15,460 bases of DNA, taken from Methanomicrobiales archaeon (lineage in GTDB: Archaea > Halobacteriota > Methanomicrobia > Methanomicrobiales > Methanospirillaceae). Under the pieces are notes generated by a model, which worked only from the letters and a program-made list of their open reading frames with translations, ran no database searches and had not been told where the DNA came from. Below are positions 1-7,037 of the stretch, one piece after another (within the stretch, counting starts at the first letter, position 1; every line of letters starts with the position of its first letter). A program made the translations under genes and the position numbers. Where the stretch lies: contig JBAXJR010000049.1 in the NCBI GenBank assembly GCA_037137755.1, positions 1 to 15,460 on the forward strand, given 5' to 3'.

Positions 1-117
1 CTTCTGAAAATGGGGGAAAGATTTTTACTCAGGACTTTCTAATTGGAGAGTCTCAATCTACATTTTGGTTATTTTATCCAAAAATATTTGTAGCGGTTCA
101 GCATTGAATCAACTTTT

Positions 118-576
118 TTAATGTCCAAAATTATTCCTGACCTCGTCATTATTTTTCGCCAGATCATCACGGATACCATTTAATTTTTCAACCAGGCCTG
201 TATTCCCCGGATTTTTGTCGATTAATTTGCCAATCTGGTCAATTAAATCAGCATTCCGGATAACAGCCATAGTAACTATTTTTGAATTGTCCTTCAAAGC
301 GGCTTTAGTCTCATCGTTGGCTTTTGCGGCCTGTATATTAGCATTCGTGGCCTGGGCATCTGCAGGAGCACGGCCGAAATAATATCCTACCACAACACCC
401 GTCAGACCCATCATCATAGTGAGAAGATTTTTTGCTTCCTCGATTTCTGTCGGAACTCCGATAACTCCAAAAACCTTAAGTAAGAACCAGAGTGTGAACG
501 CAATGATAGCGAGTCCGATCATGGCGGTAATGACTTCTTTAAAGAATTGAATATTAATTTCAGTAATCCATGTCAT
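118..576 (-). CDS. Hypothetical two-TM membrane protein with Ala-rich/coiled-coil C-terminal tail
   Basis: 152-aa ORF with ATG start. Two hydrophobic segments (VITAMIGLAIIAFTLWFLL; LLTMMMGLTGVVVGYYFG) are followed by a helical charged tail. Confidence 0.8.
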   Translation of the reverse strand: MTWITEINIQFFKEVITAMIGLAIIAFTLWFLLKVFGVIGVPTEIEEAKNLLTMMMGLTGVVVGYYFGRAPADAQATNANIQAAKANDETKAALKDNSKIVTMAVIRNADLIDQIGKLIDKNPGNTGLVEKLNGIRDDLAKNNDEVRNNFGH

Positions 577-716
577 AAATTATTCATATCAATTTACAGT
601 ATAAATAAATTGACAGTCGTCCTGATACGCATCATCCAAGCATGTAGGTTATCTCTTTTCTACCATCCATTTTCATCGGCAAAGATATTTCAACAATTAT
701 ATAAAAAAGGACCCCA

Positions 717-1346
717 TCATTTCCTTTTCCCGCGTTTGGGCTTAGGTCCTGCCCTCATTTCACAACATACCGCGTTCATCTGCCTGCAGCAGTCCTGTAT
801 CCCTTCGGAGTCCGCCTCAAATCTCACCACATTATCCCTGGGGATTCCTATCTTTCCGGCATCCTCAAACGCTTTCGGGTCTGCTGAAAGGTAGACGAAG
901 TTCCATTTGTCCTTTTTAATCTGATTCTTTATCATCGATTCAATCTGCGAGAGATTGAATTCCGTGCTTGCATTTTCCTCCCCGTCGGTGAGGATTGCGA
1001 CAATAACGTTATCAGGTATTTTTCTCTGGTCTTCGGTCTTACTTATCCGGCTTTTCACATCGTTGATAGTCCTACCAATTGCATCGAAGAGAGCGGTGGA
1101 CCCGCGGGGCACATAGGTCTTTGTCGTTAGTGGCGGAACGTATCCAATCCGTGTCCCGTTGTGCATGATTTCATATTGGTCATCGAACAACACAATGGTC
1201 ATCAGGGCCTCACCGGAGAGGCTTTGCTGGTCTTTTAAGAACGTATTGAAACTCCCGATTGCGTCGTCCCTGATTGATCCCATCGAACCCGAACGGTCGA
1301 TTATACAAACAATTTCTGTTAGTTTTTCCTGTTTCATTCTGCTCAT
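717..1346 (-). CDS. von Willebrand factor A (vWA) domain protein
   Basis: MIDAS motifs IIDRSGSM, GSTALFDAIG and ILTDGEENAS. An AAAGGA sequence lies immediately upstream of the ATG. Confidence 0.92.
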   Translation of the reverse strand: MSRMKQEKLTEIVCIIDRSGSMGSIRDDAIGSFNTFLKDQQSLSGEALMTIVLFDDQYEIMHNGTRIGYVPPLTTKTYVPRGSTALFDAIGRTINDVKSRISKTEDQRKIPDNVIVAILTDGEENASTEFNLSQIESMIKNQIKKDKWNFVYLSADPKAFEDAGKIGIPRDNVVRFEADSEGIQDCCRQMNAVCCEMRAGPKPKRGKRK

Positions 1347-1352
1347 TCCTTT

Positions 1353-1514
1353 TCACATAATTGATTTTTTTTCAGATTGCGGATTACCCTTCAGGTAATC
1401 TTTCAATAATGTCGAAACAATCTCTTTCTGAGAACAGTCCTCTAGAGCAGCACGGATTTTGAGCTGCATCGCAAGGTCCTTGTCCAGCCGGATTGAGATT
1501 GATTTTTTCGGCAT
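1353..1514 (-). CDS. Ribbon-helix-helix (CopG/ParG-like) DNA-binding protein, 53 aa
   Basis: MPKKSISIRLDKDLAMQLKIRAALEDCSQKEIVSTLLKDYL has the alternating beta-strand plus two-helix RHH pattern. Start re-called to the ATG at 1514. It ends 6 nt before the vWA start, suggesting an operon. Confidence 0.8.
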   Translation of the reverse strand: MPKKSISIRLDKDLAMQLKIRAALEDCSQKEIVSTLLKDYLKGNPQSEKKSIM

Positions 1515-1519
1515 TCTTT

Positions 1520-1539
1520 CATGCAAGATCTTTTGCATG
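1520..1539. promoter_or_regulatory. Perfect 7-bp inverted repeat, candidate operator
   Basis: CATGCAA-gatctt-TTGCATG, 5 nt upstream of the RHH start codon. Confidence 0.55.
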
Positions 1540-1569
1540 CGAAAACAGTGGATAGATACGTTAAAATAC

Positions 1570-1587
1570 AGATTTAACATTAAATCT
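1570..1587. promoter_or_regulatory. Perfect 8-bp inverted repeat, candidate operator
   Basis: AGATTTAA-ca-TTAAATCT, 6 nt upstream of the ATG at 1594. Confidence 0.55.
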
Positions 1588-1593
1588 CTTCAA

Positions 1594-2757
1594 ATGTCGG
1601 AAACTACATATTCCACAGAAGAATGTAGTTTAGACGCCCTGGAAAATGACCGGATCCGGTCCAACGCCTATGTCGCTTTTTTCACCCAAAAGACGCAGGC
1701 TGATGCAAACCGGTTTATTTACGGCATCCAGGGCAACGGTCTCTCCCCTTCGAATCCCGGTCCGCTCATTGATGCGAGGATGGAACTTTCTGAAAAGGGG
1801 TACATTCACCGGATGAATGAGGGGTTGAGAAATGTCCCGTTCCGATCTTCCGTGGACCCGATTATCAATTCAATTCGGACCGATATCGAACGGAGCGGGT
1901 CGTATTTTGATCTCGACAGCGAATCGGGCAGGGCCAGTATGGAGGCCCTGGCAAAGGTACTGGACTCCGAATGGTTCAGACAATTCTTCTCGTATCATGC
2001 TATCCACAATCCCTGGCCCGGGAAACAAAAGGGAGAGTATTATTCCGGGTATGCCGGCCTAAGGCTCACCCCATATGAATTTGCGGATAAAACCTACAAT
2101 GCGGTGGAAATCTGGTATATCAAGAAACTGTTTCTTGAATTGATTGCCGAGATCGGGACCTACAGTTATTATCTGAACTCCTTTTTCGAGAAAAATGCTG
2201 ATGTTCTTGAAAGCTTTGGCTACCGTTCAGTCCGTCCGGAAGAACTTGTTGCAGCACGATCGTTTGATGACTTTTATGCCGGCGAGATGACCCGGTTCTG
2301 CCGCTGCTGGGTTGATGATTTTTACAAGCATGTAAGTGCAGACGAGAAACTCATCAAATCGTTTGTGACCGCTGTCGTTCCCATATTTGACGTCCCGAAA
2401 GAACTTCACCGCAGGAGCAAACGAAAAACGCCCGCACCTATGGCAGATATGGAAGTCTGCAGGAGCGAAATATGCGAGATGAAAATGTCGCTCGATTCAC
2501 CGCCAAGACCAAGGAAGACGAAATTCCAGAAGACAAGGAAGAACCCCCCGTTCGATGTTTCCCCCGTTACGAGTGCGGATATTTCAATACCGGCTGGTTT
2601 TATCGAGCGGATCAAGTACCAGTCTGCATGCATTCCGACCCCGGTTGCCGGCATCATGCGGATGAGTTATCCACAACTACCAAAAGGGATTGGAGAGCGA
2701 TGCATCTATGCTGAATGCCAGCTGAATAAGCAGATTCTGGGGATGGATGGGAAGTAG
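1594..2757 (+). CDS. Hypothetical protein, 387 aa; possible N-terminal winged helix
   Basis: Long open frame. Start re-called to ATG 1594 (MSETTYS) because the TTG at 1459 overlaps the RHH gene. A diverged copy of its 3' end at 10337-10610 differs by many synonymous changes, which supports coding. Confidence 0.85.
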   Translation: MSETTYSTEECSLDALENDRIRSNAYVAFFTQKTQADANRFIYGIQGNGLSPSNPGPLIDARMELSEKGYIHRMNEGLRNVPFRSSVDPIINSIRTDIERSGSYFDLDSESGRASMEALAKVLDSEWFRQFFSYHAIHNPWPGKQKGEYYSGYAGLRLTPYEFADKTYNAVEIWYIKKLFLELIAEIGTYSYYLNSFFEKNADVLESFGYRSVRPEELVAARSFDDFYAGEMTRFCRCWVDDFYKHVSADEKLIKSFVTAVVPIFDVPKELHRRSKRKTPAPMADMEVCRSEICEMKMSLDSPPRPRKTKFQKTRKNPPFDVSPVTSADISIPAGFIERIKYQSACIPTPVAGIMRMSYPQLPKGIGERCIYAECQLNKQILGMDGK

Positions 2758-2788
2758 GAATTCTAATTTAATAAAATGGGGTGAATGA

Positions 2789-3250
2789 ATGGGTTTTGAT
2801 CTTGGCGGTCTGGCGCCGGAAAATGCAGACGGTGAATGCTTCGATACCGATATTTCGGGATGGATGCCACTGGCCGAATATGTCCTGTTTACGTGCGAGG
2901 ATTTATTCCTAGAGGGAGAGACCGAATGCTGGTTCAGCAACGATGGCCAGGTTGTTTCGGCAGAAACCGCCAGGGCGATCGGTGACCGACTCCTGGAACT
3001 TATCGCGGATGGTTCTGTCGAGAAATACAATGAGGAATTCTACTCAAAAATCGGCGGGCCATACGATGAACCAGATGAAGAACCCAACGAAACAGACCGG
3101 GAAGAGGATACACCAATTCAGAAGGGGAAGATTGTGTACAAAGGTAAGGGAACCGCTGTAATATGGACCATAGAATATGAATTCGATGTGGCCGAATTAG
3201 AAAAGTTTGCAAAATTCTGTCTGGCATCAGGTGGATTTGAAATATGTTAG
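2789..3250 (+). CDS. Acidic hypothetical protein resembling a phage/MGE-associated family (MGxD...W.PL..Y...NDG...F..F...SGGFEIC)
   Basis: 153-aa ORF with a GGGGTGA RBS upstream. The motif layout is recalled from uncharacterised virus-associated proteins and is not verified. Confidence 0.8.
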   Translation: MGFDLGGLAPENADGECFDTDISGWMPLAEYVLFTCEDLFLEGETECWFSNDGQVVSAETARAIGDRLLELIADGSVEKYNEEFYSKIGGPYDEPDEEPNETDREEDTPIQKGKIVYKGKGTAVIWTIEYEFDVAELEKFAKFCLASGGFEIC

Positions 3251-3290
3251 GCCGGGGAAAACGGTTTCTCTGATATGAAAGGGGTTTGTC

Positions 3291-3483
3291 ATGGAAAAGA
3301 AGTCTCTTGAAAAGATACAGGAAGTATTCATCAACAATTTTTGCCATTTGCACTTGCAAATACACAGATGAAGAGGGGGAGGGTCGCGGAAAAAAGTGTG
3401 AACCATGTGAAATCGAAGAGTTATTAGTATTGGATATTATCACATCATATCAAACGGTCTGGAGGGATTCCGGGGGCCCCTAA
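3291..3483 (+). pseudogene. Probable frameshifted small Cys-rich (CxxC...CxxC) protein
   Basis: AAAGGGG RBS and ATG 3291 give MEKKSLEKIQEVFINNFC. After a shift near 3343-3346 the reading continues ICTCKYTDEEGEGRGKKCEPCEIEELLVLDIITSY... to TAA 3483. Confidence 0.5.
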
Positions 3484-3683
3484 AAGAAACTTGTTTTAAA
3501 AAGGTGGTATCAGAAGAGAAAAATTGCATCTCTGCTGAGGTGAGTTACAGGTGGAGGTATTAGAAATGAAAATGACTATCACATAATAAAACGTATCATC
3601 AAACTATTGGGACACGAGATTTATTCGCCAGAATGGTACGAGAACATAAAAAATCAGAGAACCACCCCAATAAAAGGTGATCC

Positions 3684-4781
3684 GTGAACAAACAGATACA
3701 TTTCATTTTCGCGTTCATTGCCATCTCGGCTTTACTGATTGCCGGATGTGCCCAGCCGCAGCAGATGGCGGCCCAAACCCCGCAGCCAACCACGGTAACA
3801 CCAGGATCTCACGGGCTGTCCGGCAGTAATAGCAGTGTCGTCTCCCCGGCACCCGTGCCAATATATGTTATCGGTCATCGGCAACCGGACACGGATAGCA
3901 TTGCCAGTGCAGTTGCGTATGCTGCGTTGCTGAACCGCCTATATCCCGGTTCCCCCTATATTCCTGCACGGTGTGGTGATCTGAATGCCGAGTCTCAATA
4001 TGCACTCCAGACTGCGGGCCTGGAATCACCGGTGCTGATAGAAAACGCTCAGAATAAATCTGTCATACTTGTTGATCATAACGAATACGACCAGGCGGTT
4101 AAAGGAATAGAAACTGCGAAAATTAAAGAGATCATGGATCATCACCGGCTCGGGGGAATAACAACATTGAACCCGATACGGTTCAGGAATGAACCTGTTG
4201 GATCTACTGCCACAATTATTACGATGCGATATCGCGAAGAATCGGTTACTCCAGCCCCGGAAATTGCAACAATCCTCCTCGCAGGTATTCTTTCCGATAC
4301 CCTGGGGCTCAGGATGTCAACAACGACAGACCAGGACAAAGAAGCGGTAGCAGATCTGTCGAACATGACGGGAATTGATCCGGAACGTTTTGGAAAAACC
4401 CTGATTAACAAGGGACTGGTCCTTGACGGTGTCCCCATCAGGGAACTGATTGTTCGTGATGTGAAAGAGTATACCCTGCAGGGCAGGAATGTTTCAATTG
4501 CCCAGATTATGACTGATTCAGAAGAATTTCCCCAGAAAAATAAAAAAGAAATTCACGAGACCCTCGGGGAATTTCAGACAGAACATGGATATATGGTGAG
4601 TATTGTTCTCGTAACGGATATTGTCGATCAGCGGACGTACCTGTTCGCTGCAGGTACACCGGATCTGCTGGAAAAACTCGGGTATGCAGAACAACCGGTT
4701 CTGCTTGAGGGTGTCATGTCAAGAAAACTGGATTTTTTCCCTTCGTTTGCCCGGAAATTCGAACAAATTGTTCAGGGTTGA
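3684..4781 (+). CDS. ppaC: Family II (DHH/DHHA2) Mn-dependent inorganic pyrophosphatase with N-terminal lipoprotein signal
   Basis: Motifs GHRQPDTDS, LVDHNE, MDHH, PVGSTATI, GILSDT and SRK..FFP. AAGGTGAT RBS before the GTG start. N-terminal h-region, LIAGC lipobox and Q/T/P/S linker. Confidence 0.92.
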   Translation: MNKQIHFIFAFIAISALLIAGCAQPQQMAAQTPQPTTVTPGSHGLSGSNSSVVSPAPVPIYVIGHRQPDTDSIASAVAYAALLNRLYPGSPYIPARCGDLNAESQYALQTAGLESPVLIENAQNKSVILVDHNEYDQAVKGIETAKIKEIMDHHRLGGITTLNPIRFRNEPVGSTATIITMRYREESVTPAPEIATILLAGILSDTLGLRMSTTTDQDKEAVADLSNMTGIDPERFGKTLINKGLVLDGVPIRELIVRDVKEYTLQGRNVSIAQIMTDSEEFPQKNKKEIHETLGEFQTEHGYMVSIVLVTDIVDQRTYLFAAGTPDLLEKLGYAEQPVLLEGVMSRKLDFFPSFARKFEQIVQG

Positions 4782-4821
4782 ATACAACTTTCCTTTTCTT
4801 ATTTCTTTGAATCCGTTTGTC

Positions 4822-5134
4822 TCATGCGGATGCATAGATTTCAACCTGTGTTTCTTCAATGGAATTCCGGAAATACGGATTACGGATAGGCCCGGGTTCG
4901 ACGAGGTCAACCGGCCGGTTGAACAGGCGCTCCCTGGTCTTCAGCGAGCCCGAAATACTGCTCTGCATGCTCCGCTGGCTGCATTTTCTCAAATTCCACC
5001 AGCAGATCAAGATCACTTTTATCCGGATTGAACCGGTCATCGGTCGCTGATCCAAATTCAGCGAGACGCCTGACCTTCCGGCGGGTGCATATCCGGATTA
5101 TCTCCGGTAGGTTCTGCGTGAGGATCTGTTGCAT
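4822..5134 (-). pseudogene. Minimal nucleotidyltransferase (MNT, antitoxin-type) with a +1 frameshift
   Basis: N-part contains FGS...SDLDLLVEF (ORF 4907..5134). C-part contains ERLFNRPVDLVEPGPIRNPYFRNSIEE (ORF 4822..5055). The two join if one G is removed from the run at 4932-4934. Confidence 0.85.
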
Positions 5135-5359
5135 CTAGAAATTCTCCAATGCCTGTTAATGGTATACTTAGTAGAATGGGGATTGTTCACCCGGATAGTA
5201 ATTGCGATGATCTGGTGACGGTCCACTTATTTTCTCTTTGGTCAATCCCATCCACCCGGGTCCTCATGGATTTCCGATAACGGGGAGTAGCGCTATGCCT
5301 GGGCCACCAACCGGATTAAATCAAAGGGCATATGAACCTGAATTGCTGAATCAATTGAT

Positions 5360-5938
5360 ATGAGATCCATTATTCTGACATTAGCCATCCTGGCACTGGT
5401 CCTTGCTATGGCCGGGGCCGGATGTACTACGACGAATCCTGTGGCCACCACTCCAACCGCAACATCCACCCCGTCTCCGACTGCCATACCGACACCCGCC
5501 GTGGCGGTGAAGCCCACGGCAAACATGTCTGCCGATCAGCAGCGGGTATTCGCGTTTGTCTCAGAGGGGGTCGTATACGGCCGTGAACACGGGAGGCAGG
5601 CGTCGCTCGCTGAATTCAATAACCCGAACGGCTCTTTCGTCCGGGGAGACCTGTTTATATTCGCAGGTGATTACAACGGGACATCCCTCGCATCCATTGC
5701 CCTGCCCCAGCGGGTGAATACGTCTTTCAACAATGATGTCGATGTGACCGGCCAGTATTACATGCGCAACAAGGTCAACCTCTCACGGAGCGGCGGCGGG
5801 TTCATCACCATCTATTTCCCGAATCCAGCCCATAACTTCACGCCAGAACCGAAGCTCTGCTACGTGCACGATGTTGATGGGACCTACTGGATTGGGGCAG
5901 GCATGTATAACCAGTCAAACGTGACGGCCCGTCCGTGA
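5360..5938 (+). CDS. Lipoprotein with a single Cache (sCache_2-like) ligand-binding domain
   Basis: Signal peptide with AGAGC lipobox and Pro/Thr linker. The domain EFNNPNGSFVRGDLFIFA.DYNG...GGGFITIYFPNP...PKLCYV..VDGTYWIGAGMY is typical of single Cache domains. Confidence 0.88.
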   Translation: MRSIILTLAILALVLAMAGAGCTTTNPVATTPTATSTPSPTAIPTPAVAVKPTANMSADQQRVFAFVSEGVVYGREHGRQASLAEFNNPNGSFVRGDLFIFAGDYNGTSLASIALPQRVNTSFNNDVDVTGQYYMRNKVNLSRSGGGFITIYFPNPAHNFTPEPKLCYVHDVDGTYWIGAGMYNQSNVTARP

Positions 5939-6055
5939 GACCTGCCAACTGATGCTCAGTCTGGATACCTGGAGGAATTGCCCGGGAGCAGGAAGACCGG
6001 CAGGTGTGGCCATGTGCCCGGCCTGCCCTCTGCCTAAAAAATACCATCAGCAGGA

Positions 6056-6108
6056 CCGGCTATCCTGGACCTGATTGTGAAGGATACCGGGGTTCCATCG
6101 TTTTTTTT
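6056..6108 (+). terminator. Possible terminator of the Cache gene
   Basis: Imperfect inverted repeat CCGG(c)TATCCT...AGGATACCGG followed by T8 at 6101-6108. Confidence 0.35.
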
Positions 6109-6240
6109 GTTGTTTGAATAAACCCCTGGAACACATCCGGGCCTATGATGAAACCCGGACGTGACCCTGGAATCTGGGGGGATTCGAAAAGCGGGGACCG
6201 GGTGACGTTTTGGAACCGGAAGATTTCCAATCGCTGTATT

Positions 6241-6275
6241 GATTGGCAGGAATTCCGGGGATTACTCTGCCAATC
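6241..6275 (-). terminator. Stem-loop 3' of the small peptide gene at 6286-6435
   Basis: GATTGGCAG...CTGCCAATC 9-bp stem, 10 nt past the stop codon. Confidence 0.45.
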
Positions 6276-6285
6276 CAACCGATCT

Positions 6286-6435
6286 TCAACGCGGGACAGG
6301 TGTATTCATTGGAGCATGAAGTACTACCTGCCTGATCGGGATTTCCACACCAAAATACCATGCAACCGCAATAATTGTTCCAGCCAGCGAAAGTATCAAC
6401 GAAAAAATAAGAAGAGATTTCAAAGCATCATCCAT
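6286..6435 (-). CDS. Small single-TM 'HAPxN' precursor-like peptide, 49 aa (not in ORF track)
   Basis: Translates to MDDALKSLLIFSLILSLAGTIIAVAWYFGVEIPIRQVVLHAPMNTPVPR*. GAGGT RBS upstream. Paralogous to 6704-6853 and 9509-9703. Confidence 0.9.
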   Translation of the reverse strand: MDDALKSLLIFSLILSLAGTIIAVAWYFGVEIPIRQVVLHAPMNTPVPR

Positions 6436-6703
6436 TTTCAATACCTCTGATGAAGTATGTGAATCAAATCATTAAAAAGACTCTGTTTTGTAAAAAACAA
6501 AGGTATTATTTTCAAACTAATTCTGACAGGCCCACCAGGCCCGGTCTGTACAGGACCCCGACACCGGGTTCGGGGCACCGGATAGTACCTACCTGAGAAC
6601 TCCTTACTCTTTGTTACGATACTCCGGCACTGCCTGAAACCGTGCAAAGGGTGAGCCTCCAGAAGGTACGGGCAGATAAGACCCGTGGTACGGTGCATAT
6701 ACT

Positions 6704-6853
6704 TCAATACGGGATAGGTGAATTCACCGGGGCATGAAGTACTACCTGCCTGATCGGGATTTCCACACCAAAATACCATGCAACCGCAATAATTGTTCCA
6801 GCCAGCGAGAGTATCAACGAAAAAATAAGAAGAGATTTTAAAGCATCATCCAT
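6704..6853 (-). CDS. Small single-TM 'HAPxN' precursor-like peptide, 49 aa (not in ORF track)
   Basis: Translates to MDDALKSLLIFSLILSLAGTIIAVAWYFGVEIPIRQVVLHAPVNSPIPY*. GAGGT RBS upstream. Confidence 0.9.
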   Translation of the reverse strand: MDDALKSLLIFSLILSLAGTIIAVAWYFGVEIPIRQVVLHAPVNSPIPY

Positions 6854-7037
6854 TTTCAATACCTCTGATGAAGTATGTTAATCAAATCATTAAAAAAGAC
6901 TCTGTTTTGTAAAAACAAGGGTATTATTTCAACCTTATTCTGACTGCCTGAAACTGTGCAAAAGGTGAACCTGCCGAAGGCACGGGCAGGTAAGACCCGT
7001 GATGCGGTGCTTATTCTTCCCGGGAACACCTTCTTGT

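Larger units (their letters stand above)
6283..7019. repeat. Tandem duplication of peptide gene plus upstream region (unit 1 ~6283-6704, unit 2 ~6701-7019)
   Basis: ~6283-6527 matches ~6701-6944, and ~6629-6704 matches ~6943-7019. Unit 1 has an extra ~103 nt (6528-6630). Confidence 0.95.

Noticed and set aside
3-107. Open frame at the window start (SENGGKIFTQDFL...AVQH*)
   Set aside because: It could be the 3' end of a gene, but it is too short and has no recognisable motif.
1459-1593. N-terminal extensions of ORFs 1459..2757(+) and 1353..1580(-)
   Set aside because: The extensions overlap each other head-to-head. ATGs at 1594 and 1514 leave a clean intergenic region containing the palindromes.
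6143-6779. ORF-track entries 6143..6361(-), 6145..6450(+) and 6438..6779(-) (MVFWCGNPDQAGSTSC...)
   Set aside because: They are alternative frames of the duplicated 49-aa genes, which have an RBS, a TM helix, a third paralog and synonymous-biased divergence.
6283-7019. Repeat considered as a CRISPR array or IS ends
   Set aside because: Only two long units, each containing a gene. No short repeat-spacer periodicity, no transposase and no terminal inverted repeats.
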